NCBI GenBank assembly: GCA_951406725.2
Contig: OX597815.1
Location: 122,140,001 to 122,204,000, forward strand
Source of the DNA: Octopus vulgaris
Taxonomy: Eukaryota
DNA: 64,000 bases
Direction: 5' to 3'
This document shows, piece by piece, positions 13,955 to 25,713 of this stretch; position 1 is the first letter of the stretch; each line of letters begins with the position of its first letter. The notes beneath the pieces were generated by a model. It was not told where the DNA came from. It worked only from the letters and a program-made list of their open reading frames with translations, and made no database searches. The translations under genes and the position numbers were made by a program.

Positions 13955-14741
13955 TATATATATATGAATATATATATATATATAGTGATTAGGGTATTTA
14001 ACTCATGATTGTAAAATCGTGAGTTTTACTCCTAGTACATTGTGTCTTTGAGCAAGATACTTTATTTCATGTTGCTCCAGTCCACTTAGCTGGCAAAAAT
14101 GAGTTGTACTTGTAACTCAAGTACAAAATGTAACTCAAAGCAAAAGTGAGCTGTACTTGTCACATTCTGCATCATGTTGAATCTCCCTGAGAATTATGTT
14201 AAGGGTATGTGTGTCTGTGGAGTTGTCAGCCACTAGAATGTCAATTTTCAAGCAGATTGTTCTGTTGATTGGATCAACTTGAACCCTTATCATCGTCACA
14301 AATAGGGTGCCAGCGTTTTATGGGTGTTGCACTAATGATAATAAGAAAGTAGTTTCAAATCTTGGACTGGGTAGTAGTGCATTGAATTATTCAGCAAAAT
14401 ACTTCATTTGACATTGCTCAGTGCAATCAGTTGCAAATGAGTTTCAGCAACAGCTGGGGAGTTAATCCTGCAACAGACTGATGTCCCATTCAGGGGAAGT
14501 ATTGTAATCTTAGTAACACACCACAGAAACCAAATTAAACATCAGCTTTAAGAACTCATAAATAGGTTAAACACCATCTCAGGACAGACTTAAGTCTCGG
14601 TCATTGTTCAAAGTCTTTATATTCTGTAATCTGTAATTCTAATAAGTTGCATATAACAATTATATTCAAAGTATCGGTTCACTTTTATATTTTTTGTTAT
14701 AAGACAAATATAATTTGGTTTCATTAACATACAATACTTAC

Positions 14742-14857
14742 CAGTGATAGAGAAGGTCACAGATTCACCAATATTTCTATATTCATCAACCAATGGAAGA
14801 AGAATAACAGGTGGAGAGAGTGGATCAACTTGGGTGCCATCATATGTAATGAAGCGC
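14742..14857 (-). CDS. Multi-Ig gene exon: N-part of Ig domain 2
   Basis: ttcttccacag|G ... G|gtaagt; encodes RFITYDGTQVDPLSPPVILLPLVDEYRNIGESVTFSIT(V); phase 2 to phase 1. Confidence 0.85.
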
Positions 14858-15154
14858 CTGTGGAAGAAGAAATGTTGGAAATTATTATGAATCAGCTATT
14901 AGAAATGTTAAGAATACATATATTCTTAATTAAACTATTTGGTATTATTGTTGCTGTTGTTATTGTTACTATCATTATCATTTTGGTTTGGCTCGTAACC
15001 ACAAGTTAGGTATCCACAAGTTTGCAGTCCTTCAAGTGCTTAGAACCCTCCTGATAATCCTTGCTGTCCCTATGGGACAAACTTCCAGTTCTACCAGACA
15101 TTCTATTCCAATCTCATTCAGCCATTTGTCTATATCTTTGCTTATTGTTATTAC

Positions 15155-16312
15155 TAAGTGAGAGAGCTGTGCAAGCCATCAAAGTGACACTGGGGTACAA
15201 TTATATGAAACCCAATATAACCATCATGACTACCCATCTGATAAAGGTACATCAGGCACATGCATCACAACCATACGTGCGTGACATAGTGATTGCATAT
15301 CAAGTTAAACAGCACATGACCTTGCAGATGGGACCCAGTTAGAATTTTCTTCAGGTTGAGTAGCCCATCCTGCTCAAAAGGCCCCTGGATAAGGTTTTTT
15401 TTAAGGACGATGAACAAAACACCCATGTTTCCAGAGGTGAATTATTCAAATTCCAAAGGATTCCTCTCAGCACATGGCTATGATGCTCCCCCACTTCTGC
15501 TCATGATCAGAGATGCACATATCATCAGCCACTAAGGGGCATGCTCAACTGGTTATGGTCAAACACCTGACAAGCAAATCTATGGTATTGAGCAGAATAT
15601 TTGCTGTAGCCCATCTTTTATACCAAGACAAAACATGTACATGATAACACTTCCAATCACTTTAGATCAGAAGCCATGAGAATCACTGCCTGGTATTGCT
15701 TTGGGGCAGTACTTATTATTATTATAATTATTATTATTATTATCATTATTATTATTGAGTGAGAGAGCAGTGCATGCCATCAAAGTGACACTGGGGTAAA
15801 ATATACGAAGCCCAGTATACCCATCATGACTACCCGTCTGATAAGAGTACACCAGGCACATGCATCACAACCATATGTGCACGACATGGTGATCTCATAA
15901 CAAGATAAACAGCGCATGACCTTGCGGGTGGGGCCCGGTTAGAATTTTCTTCTGGTTAGGTAACCTAACCCACTCAAAAGGTCCCTGATTAAGGGTTGTT
16001 TAAGAATGTTGAACGAAACACCTATGTTTCCACAGATGAATCATTCAAACCCCAAAGAATCCCTCTCAACACATGGCTATGATGCTCCCCCACTACTTCT
16101 GCTCGTGATCAGAGATGCACATATCGTCAGCCACTAAGGGACATGCTCAACTGGTTAAGGTCAAACAACTGACAAGCAAATCTGTGGTATTGAGCAGAAT
16201 ATTTGCTGTAGCCCATCTTTTATACCAAGACAAAACAATGTACATGATAACACTTCCAGTCAGTTAAGATCAGAAGCCATGAGAGCCACTGCCTGGTACT
16301 GCATCAGGGCAT

Positions 16313-16315
<3 letters not shown>
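15155..16315. mobile_element. Two tandem copies (15155-15705, 15757-16315) of a dispersed repeat of about 550 bp, flanked by (ATT)n
   Basis: Both run gtgagagagc.gtgca.gccatcaaagtgacactgggg ... gatcagaagccatgaga..cactgcctggta. Confidence 0.75.
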
Positions 16316-16376
<61 letters not shown>

Positions 16377-16404
16377 CATCATTATTATTATTATCATCAT
16401 CATC

Positions 16405-16710
16405 GTTTAACATCCGCTTTCCATGCTAGCATGGGTTGAACGATTTTGACTTAGGGCTGGTGAACCAGATGGCTGCACCAGGCTCCAATCTTGATCTGGC
16501 AGAGTTTCTACAGCTTGATGCCCTTCCTAACGCCAACCACTCTGAGAGTGTAATGGGTGCTTTTTACGTGCCACTGGCACAGGGGCCAGTCAGGCGGTAC
16601 TGGCAATGACCTCGCTCAAATCTTTTTACATGTGCCACCGGCACAGGTGCCAGTGAAGCGACGTTGGTAACGATCACGTTCGAATGGTGCCCTTTTACTG
16701 CCACAGGTAT
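16405..16710 (-). mobile_element. SINE with (GAT)n tail and ccatgctagcatgg 3' hairpin (copies at about 6500-6965, 23694, 35318, 49056, 56345)
   Basis: Recurring catcgtttaacatccgctttccatgctagcatgggttg...gatgcccttcctaacgccaaccact...ggtgctttttacgtgccac. Confidence 0.75.
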
Positions 16711-16729
16711 GGAAATATTATTATTATCA

Positions 16730-16760
<31 letters not shown>

Positions 16761-16765
16761 TATTA

Positions 16766-16820
<55 letters not shown>

Positions 16821-17175
16821 CATTATCATTATTATCATTATTATTATTATTATTTTTATTATTATTATTATCATTATTGTTATTATTATTATTATTTTCT
16901 TTCAATTTTGTTTCCTTTTCTTGCCAAGTGTCTTCCCAACACCTAGGGCAAAGAAACTCACTGATGGTAGGCCATCAAAATAAACACACCAGATTGTTCA
17001 TTTACAAAGTCATGTGATGGGAAAAAAAGGGGAAAAAGACAGAGGAAAGAAAGAAAAAAGAAAAAAATTAAAAAAACAAAGAAAATAAGGGGTAAAAACA
17101 AAAAGATTCACAGCGACAGTGCTCTTTTCAATATGTATGAGTATTCTTCTTCTTATTCTTATCATTATTATTATT

Positions 17176-17223
<48 letters not shown>

Positions 17224-17879
17224 GTCGTCATCATCATCATCATGATAAAGGTAGTGAGCTTGCAGAATCTGAACAAAATGCTTAGCAGCATTTTCTTTAG
17301 ATTTCATATTCAAGGTTGACTTTGCCTTTCATACTTTAAGGAGCAATAAAATGATATCAGCTAACCAATGGGGTCAATGCAATCAACAGTCTACCCCACC
17401 CAATTCAGGCCTTGTGCCTATAGCAGAAAGGATTATTCTTATTATTATTGTTAAGGCTTCGAGCTGGCAGAATCGTTAGCACACTGGATGAAATGCTTGG
17501 CAGTATTTTGTCTGCCATTACATTCTGACTTTAAATTCTGTCAAGTTCGACTTTGCCTTTCATCCTTTTAGGATCAGTAAATTAAGTACCAGTGAAACTC
17601 TGGGGTTGATGTAATCGACTAGTCTCCTCCCATCAAATTTCAGGCCTTGTGCTTTTAGTAGAAAGGATTATTACTACTCATTAAGCTTATTTTGATTGGT
17701 ATCACTGCACAACCAAGCACAACTCAGTGTGCACTGGGTATGTGCTGTGGCTTGTTTATGTGTGGTTATTTTCACTGTATTGTGCCAGCACAGCTTCCAG
17801 CTTATATATATATATGTTGTCCCATTTTTTTATCACCTAACTGTCCAGATGCTTTGTGTTCTTGTCTCATTTTGTATTT

Positions 17880-17976
<97 letters not shown>

Positions 17977-18289
17977 TTATATTTATATATATAATTATAT
18001 ATATATATCCTAACTCTGTCATGTCTACGGATATATTCTTTCTTAGCTAAGACTGCAACCAGAAATAATATGATGTATTGTTTCTTCCTCCATCACTACA
18101 TATCCTGCAGTTACTTATTATATACTGCTTCATTATATGACTTTGGTGGTTTCAGGTGGAAGGCTTTGATCTTGTTCTATAGTTAAAAACCCTTCGGTCA
18201 CTGTTTTGAGTCCTGTACTTCTCAACCAGTGTTGAGATTTTACTCTGTCTATTTCTTTTCTGTTCAGTTTATTCCAATATTTGCCATTT

Positions 18290-18715
18290 AAGGGCTTGTC
18301 TTGCAATCATTTTATCATGGCATTCTGTAGTTTTATTATTATTATCTCTTTATCATAGGTTTTGTTGGAGCTCCTGTAGTCTTGCATGCATAGCGGGCTT
18401 ACTGTCTGCAGACTACAGTACCATGTTATCCTTTCCTTTCAGCTATCTAATACTTTCCTGATTATTCTGGTCATGCCAAGAAGGCAAATCTTTTGTAACA
18501 GTTCTACTGGGCACTCAATTCCAATTTCCTTTATATTCCTCTTGAAGCCTTCTGATACTGTTCTCAAGAACCCAACAATAATTGGCACTATCTTCACCTT
18601 TTCCATTTTCCATAGCCAGGCTGTTTCATACTTAAGAGGGTTGTATCTATCTATCTTTTTGCTTTCCTTCTTGACTATTCGTGGGTCAAAGGGGCATGCA
18701 ACATCAACTATATAA
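18290..18715 (-). mobile_element. R4/Dong-like (RLE-type) non-LTR retrotransposon 3' fragment; related stub at about 14990-15140
   Basis: IVDVACPFDPRIVKKESKKIDRYNPLKYETAWLWKMEKVKIVPIIVG...LLQKICLLGMTRIIRKVL, typical of the restriction-like endonuclease C-terminus. Confidence 0.75.
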
Positions 18716-19295
18716 CATATTATCATCATCATCATCATTATCATCATCATTATTATCATTATTATTATAAACCCCACAAGATCTTGAACAGTGGGGTTCC
18801 TTGATTATCCCTAGAGGTCATCCTGTATCAGGAGGACTACATCTCTATCATACCCCCCTACACACACACACACTTTATTTTTAACCTTTATATACTATGT
18901 ATATTTCCCTTCCTTTTCATTGTATACTGAGTATACTCACACCTTTTTTTTGCTTATTTATATATTTTATCATTTCATTATAGGTAAACCCATCACTTTA
19001 TATCTGATTTGTATTGTCCCCCTCATCCTTCACCCTAGTAGCAAATTAATCATCATTATCATTATTATTATTATCATCATTATTATTAAGATGGTGAGCT
19101 GGCAGAATCATTAGCACACTGGATGAAATGCTTAACAGTATTTCACCAAGGTCGACTTTGCCTTTCATCCTTTCAGGGTCGATAAATTAAGTACCAGTGA
19201 AACACTGGGGTAATGTAATCAATTCATCCCTCCCCCAAAATTGCTGCCCTTGTAGCAAAATTTGAAACCATTATTATTATCATTATCATTATTAC

Positions 19296-19338
<43 letters not shown>

Positions 19339-20079
19339 GAAACCTGAATCAAATAGTTAATTTGAACAAGAGATCAGTATTCCATAATTAAATTAATTAA
19401 GAAATTTTGCAAAATTTTTTTCCCTAAATCTAAATTTGTTAAAACTGAATCTTCTCATTAAACGATTTTAGATTGGGATAAGGAAATTAAAATTTAAATT
19501 TATCTTCGGCTCTATAAATTCCTCTTCAACTACATTCTAATATGTTATAAATATAATTTAATTTTTATATCATAATTCTGATTTCTTAGAAATACACGAA
19601 ACTTTAAAAATCAAATGCAGTTTGACTTTGTCACATTTTATTGACCCCTAAATGGATAAGATAATAAAGATGATCCCCATAAGATTTGAACTTAGTACAT
19701 AAAAGAAGGGAGAACTGAATTCTGAGGTGTTAGTCTAGTGTTGTATCATTCTGCCACAACAGAATTGTAAGAGTGTCAGCTTTGTGATATTTCGTCTAGA
19801 GCTTTACAGTCTCAGTTCAAATCCCACTATAGTCAACTTTGCTTTTTATCCTTCCAAGGTCAATCAAATAAAGTACTAATCAAATACGGGAATTGATAGT
19901 GTTGAGTAACTGCCTCCCCTCATAACTGCTGGCTTTGTGCATAAACCCAAAACCTTGTTAAGTTGACTTAGCTTTTCTTCATTATCAAGGGCAATGAATA
20001 AGTACCAGTCAAATACTAGGGTTGATGTGATCCACTAACAGCCTCTCCTTACAATTGCTGGCCTTATGCCAAAATTTTA

Positions 20080-20172
20080 AGCAATTATCATCATCATCAT
20101 CATCATCATCATCATTATTATCAACATCATAATTAAAATTACAACTACTACCACCACCACCACCATCACCAT

Positions 20173-20229
<57 letters not shown>

Positions 20230-20784
20230 CACCGCCACCACCACCACCACCACCACTGCCACCACCACTACCACCACTACTACCACTGTCACCACTAATA
20301 TTAATAATAATGATATTATTATTTTTGAAAAAGAATTACTATTTATTATCATTATTATTACTATTATTATTATTATTATTATTTTCATAATTAAAATTAC
20401 AACTACTGCTACCACCACCACCACCACCACCATTACTACTACCACAACTACTACTACTGCTGCCGCCACCATCACCACCTCCACCACCACTGTCACCACT
20501 AATATTGATAATAATATTGTTATTTTTGAAAAAGAATTATTATTTATTAGTTATTATTATGATTACTGTTATTATTATTATTCCTATTATCATTATTATA
20601 ATTAAAATTACTACTACTACTACAACAACCACCACCACCATTACTACTACTACTACTGCCAACACCACCACCACCACTATCACCACTAATATTGTTATTT
20701 TTTTTAAATAATTATTATTTATTACTCCTATTATCATTATTGTTGTTGTTATTATTATTATTATTAATATTATTATTATTATTA

Positions 20785-20831
<47 letters not shown>

Positions 20832-20850
20832 GTTATTATTATTATTAAAT
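20080..20850. repeat. Compound trinucleotide microsatellite mosaic, triplicated
   Basis: Anchors attaaaattac.actact (about 20132, 20389, 20601) and caccactaatatt...ttatttttgaaaaagaatta recur three times between (ACC)n/(ACT)n/(ATT)n tracts. Confidence 0.8.
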
Positions 20851-21698
20851 AATTTTATAAGAATTGTCATTTATATTTTATGCCATAATAACATTAAGTC
20901 AACAAGTTAAATGAGTTAACATCCTTCAACCTAACTGCAAACAATTAGTAAAACAAGTTTACCTATATCTGAGTTAAACATGTGTTCAACAGAAACATAT
21001 GCAGAATGCTAAAAGAGTATGACTACGATGATTAATGTGAGAAGACCATATTGTAAAGTTAAGTAATATACAAATTAGATACACTAAAAATAGTTTCAGA
21101 TCTTCTAAACAAACCTATGCCAAGACTTCAAATTGTTTAAATATACAAATAAATTTTCTATTTTATTGGGAAGTCTTTATACAAACAGTGTACAATGGGG
21201 GTATAACAGTGAACAGCATAATTCTGGAAACATGCCAGAATTACTTCAAAATCACAAAGGTAAAAATGAGGATGTTTCTCTCTGTACAGCTGCTCACTTA
21301 CACTAGAACAGAGTCAAGCCAGCCCTGTATGGATGGTTCCTTAACGCGTTCCTGTTTGTATTTATAAGTAGCAAACAGAGAGGAGATATTCATCCATTAT
21401 ATAATGTAGAGGTGAAAGAAACCTAATATATAATACTGAACTGCTAAATTCTGTTACCAAGCCTCTTGTTCAAATAACATCATGCAGCAGATTCTTTACT
21501 AGCAACTAGCAAGTCGGTAATATTATACACCGTGTGTAGGTAGCAAGAAAAATGCGGTATTAGGTGATAGGTATAGGTTTTCTCTATTATACACACATAT
21601 ACACACACACACAAACATTATATATATATATACCATCTGTAAAAAACATAAGTCCGAAAGAAGAAGCACACTCTAAGATATAAAGTATATAAAGTATA

Positions 21699-21730
<32 letters not shown>

Positions 21731-21785
21731 CGTCCAACCCATGCTAGCATGGAAAACGAACGTTAAACGATGATGATGATGATGA

Positions 21786-21816
<31 letters not shown>

Positions 21817-21974
21817 CTTTATTTAAAGCAGCAGAAAATTCAACAAAACCTGTTACTCTGAGTTTCCCGTTGCCATTCATCGGACAGTTTTTGCTAGAAA
21901 AAACTGTCCGATGAACGGCAACGGGAAACTCAGAGTAACAGGTTTTGTTGAATTTTCTGCTGCTTTAAATAAAG
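21817..21974. repeat. Near-perfect 76-bp inverted repeat (6-nt loop) in a Penelope-like terminal fragment
   Basis: Arms 21817-21892 and 21899-21974 with one mismatch; flanked by (TA)n. Confidence 0.95.
21900..21946 (+). ncRNA. Minimal type I hammerhead motif (CCGATGA core variant); mirror copy on the minus strand in the left arm
   Basis: aaaactgt-CCGATGA-acg gcaa cgg-GAAA-ctc a gag-TA-acaggtttt. Confidence 0.55.
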
Positions 21975-22047
21975 CATATTACTCTACCACTGGTATTTGA
22001 GTACTCTTTTTTTCCACCTTGTTTCACATTTATGTGTTTACTCCGGT

Positions 22048-22083
<36 letters not shown>

Positions 22084-22777
22084 GCATGCATGCATGTATA
22101 AGTTTATGTATACACACATAAACATACATATATATGTATACATATATATACATATATATATATGTATATGATATATACGTATATATATATATATATATGT
22201 ATGTATATATATCATATATATATATATATCATATACATATATATATATATATCATATACATATATATATATATGTCATATACATATATATATATATATAT
22301 ATATATCATATACATATATATATATATATATACATATATATGTGTGTGTGTACATATATATGTGCATTATATAATATGTATGCTTGCATATATGTATGTA
22401 TACAAACATGAATGTGTGTGTGTGTGTGTAGGTATATGCAAGCAAATATGCAAACATACTTATCATATACATATGTATATGTGTGTGTGTGTGTGCATCT
22501 ATGGACATATGTATGTAAGCAAGCACACACACACGCACACACACATACACACACACACCATCACAGACTATCCTCATCCCTTAACTGAACGAGAGTATCT
22601 TTTGAAAATAAGTAAATAAATAAACAGTTTCCAGAACCACCTTATGAGAGGTAGGTTTAATACGTTTGCGACAACAAAGAAAGCTTGTTTTCTAAATAAA
22701 AGTAATGTTAAGAGAATTAGTAAACTATTTTTACACAACTTGCTATGATAGAGATAAGAACATTGAAGAAATATTAC

Positions 22778-22823
22778 GTTTCAGTCTCTAAGTCTTCTTT
22801 CTTCTTTCGTCGATGACGCACTC
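22778..22823 (-). CDS. Multi-Ig gene, 46-nt linker micro-exon
   Basis: tttttcag|GA ... AC|gtaata; phase 1 to phase 2, exactly bridging exon B and the exon at 14857. Encodes (G)VRHRRKKKEDLETE(T). Confidence 0.8.
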
Positions 22824-23999
22824 CTGAAAAATTAACATATAAAAGTAAAAAGAATTAGAAAATAATAAATAGAAAATAAAATATAAAACTAGAAGAAAGA
22901 AAATATCTAATATTATCTATAATTAACACAGCTGAATTTATATGCATTACGACATAAGCTATAGTTTATAATTAAACAATAGTTAAGATGTGAAGGTATT
23001 TCTCTTTATTTCACTAAATATTAATAACCAATCTGTAAAATATAAGCAAATTTTCCAATTTAGCAAATTACCAAATTCAGTGCATACCATTTAAATATTC
23101 AAATCCTTCAGAGTATAAAATTATAGTTTCAAGTTTTTTTGTTTTTTTTTGTACTCCACCTGTACAAATATTCTTATCAGTACAGGTGTAATAAAAAGAG
23201 AATTGTACCTTTAGAATAGACTTTTCTTAGCACCTTTATAAGTTACTTGTTATTTAAGGTGGGAATTAATTAAACTGGGTAACAAGTTCCCCTTCATACA
23301 AATTGATAATTTCTTATTGTTTATAATTGTATGTAATTAGAATGAATAATTAATTTTCAATTTTTGGTTTCTAATTTGAACCAAAATTGTCTACTTCTTT
23401 TTGGACACTATTACAAGTGTGTGTGTGTGGGGGGGGTTGCCTGTGTGTGTGTGTGTATGTTTATATGCATGTGTGTATATATATATATAACTGATAATTA
23501 CTGGTATCTATGAAAGCTATTAAATCAAGTGACAGGACATATTTAAAATAATCAAATAAGAAGAGATATGCAAAATAATACAATAATGAGAAATCAGTTA
23601 ATATTATATATACATATACACACACACACATACATATATACATTTGTATACACATCGTCATCATCATCATCATCATCATCATCGTTGTTGTCGTTTAACA
23701 TCTGCTTTCCATGCTGGTATGGGTTGGACGGTTTGACTGAGGACTGATAAGCCAGAAAGCTGCACCTGGCTCCAATCTGATCTGGCAAGGTTTCTACAGC
23801 TTGATGCCCTTCCTAATGCCAACCACTTTGAGAGTGTAGTGGGTGCTTTTTACGTGCCACAGGCATGAGGGCCAGTCAGGCAGCACTGGCAACGCATATA
23901 CATATATATTTATATTGGTGTGTATGGTATGTGTGTGTATATGGTATGTGTGTGTGTGTAAGTATATATATGATGATGATGATAATTTAATTATATATA

Positions 24000-24055
<56 letters not shown>

Positions 24056-24064
24056 TATATATAT

Positions 24065-24115
<51 letters not shown>

Positions 24116-24628
24116 CCCTCTTATAATTCTGGCTTTGTCCATGGATTGAGGAGACTATAGCTCAAAATGTAGTCAATACTTCAAACATGCAGAGTCAATA
24201 TTTCTTTTATTAACCAGATGATACCTTACAATTGTACAGTTGTTTGTGTTAAACAATTGTACTATTGTTCATATATCAAATGGGTGATAAAAAAGAAACA
24301 ATATATATTAAGCATATATACATACATATAGATAAATAGATAAATAGATAAGTAGCATAGATAGATATATACATGCACGCATGCACACACACACATATAG
24401 ACACATACATATATGTGTATGTGTGTGTATTATTAATGCTTGTTTTATGCCAGATTATAATAAAACAATTTAACATTAAACCTTTGAGTTACTCAATACT
24501 TTTTTGTACAGTACATATGTATTATTCTTTAACAAGAATACAGTGACATTGGACTGACTGTCTGATGAATACTAAGCAGACCAGAACTTCAAAGTCACTC
24601 TCAACACTATTCTTATTAAAGAATAATT

Positions 24629-24689
<61 letters not shown>

Positions 24690-24703
24690 GAGTTTCAGAG
24701 AGT

Positions 24704-24734
<31 letters not shown>

Positions 24735-24839
24735 GGATAGACACACATGTATACACAAATACATAAATACACGCATGTATTAATCTCAGAAGAAATTAAG
24801 CAATGTATAGAAATATTTCCCATTTTTAACAGTACTTAC

Positions 24840-25702
24840 CTTGAATGTCAAAACTTGAAGAGGTGTGTGTAGTCCCATATTTATTTGTGGCCTTACTTGA
24901 ATATGAACCAGCATCAGTTAAATCCAGATCAGTGAGATACATTGACGAAACATTATCGCTGTAAGAAACCTTTGACCGTCGGCTTGATGCGATTTCATTG
25001 CTACTTTTGTACCTGCTAATATCTTCATGGCTACTTTTGTACCTGGTAGTATCTTCAACGCTACTTTTGTACCTGGTAGTGTCTTCGAGGCTACTTTTGT
25101 ATCTGTTGGTGTCATCCAGGCTACTTAGGTACCTGCTAGTATCATCCAGGCTACTTTTATACCTGCTGGTGTCGTCCAGGCTACTTAGGTACCTGCTAGT
25201 ATCATCTAGGCTACTTTTATACCTGCTGGTGTCGTCCAGGCTACTTAGGTACCGGCTTGTGTCATCCAGGCTACTTTTATACCTGCTGGTGTCTTCAAGG
25301 CTACTTTTGTACCTGCTAGTATCATTCAGGCTACTTTTGTACCTGCTGGTGTCTTCGAGGCTACTTTTGTACCTGCTGGTGTCATCCAGGCTACTTTTGT
25401 ACCTGCTGGTGTCTTCGAGACTACTTTTGTACCTGTTAGTATCATCCAAGCTACTTTTGTACTTGTTGGTATCTTCCAGACCACTTTTGTACCTGTTAGT
25501 ATCATCCAGGCTACTTTTGTACCTGTTACTGTCTTCAAGACTACTTTTATATCTGTTTACATCTTCATGGCTACTTTTGTACCTCTTACTGTCATCGTGG
25601 CTACTTCTGTACCTGGTTATATCTTCATGGCTGCTTTTGTACCTGTTAATGTCTTCGTGGCCACTTCTGTACCTGGTAATATCTTCGTGGCTACTTTTGT
25701 AC
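24840..25702 (-). CDS. Multi-Ig gene, exon B: decapeptide repeat array followed by the C-half of Ig domain 1 (minimal repeat-free form 25012-24840)
   Basis: Acceptor aattctttctgatgttaacag|G at 25702 is phase 2 and completes TG|G Trp with exon A; donor CAAG|gtaagt at 24840. Ends YKSSNEIASSRRSKVSYSDNVSSMYLTDLDLTDAGSYSSKATNKYGTTHTSSSFDIQ (DxGxY..A.N..G). The 5' boundary is ambiguous (see findings). Confidence 0.8.
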
Positions 25703-25713
25703 CTGTTAACATC
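24994..25713 (-). repeat. Coding minisatellite, 24 x 30 bp; minus-strand consensus about GAY ACY ARC AG|G TAC AAA AGT AGC CTN GAW
   Basis: Exact 30-bp register with no indels over 720 bp; peptide consensus RYKSS[LH][ED]D[TI][SNT]. Confidence 0.97.

Noticed and set aside
24143-24180. ttgagga-gactatagctc-aaaatgtagtc hammerhead-like relic
   Set aside because: Both core boxes are mutated and the stems are poor; too degraded to support.
24994-25713. 30-bp periodic array as a CRISPR array
   Set aside because: The units are contiguous with no unique spacers, there are no cas genes, the context is eukaryotic, and the array is in frame with an Ig exon.
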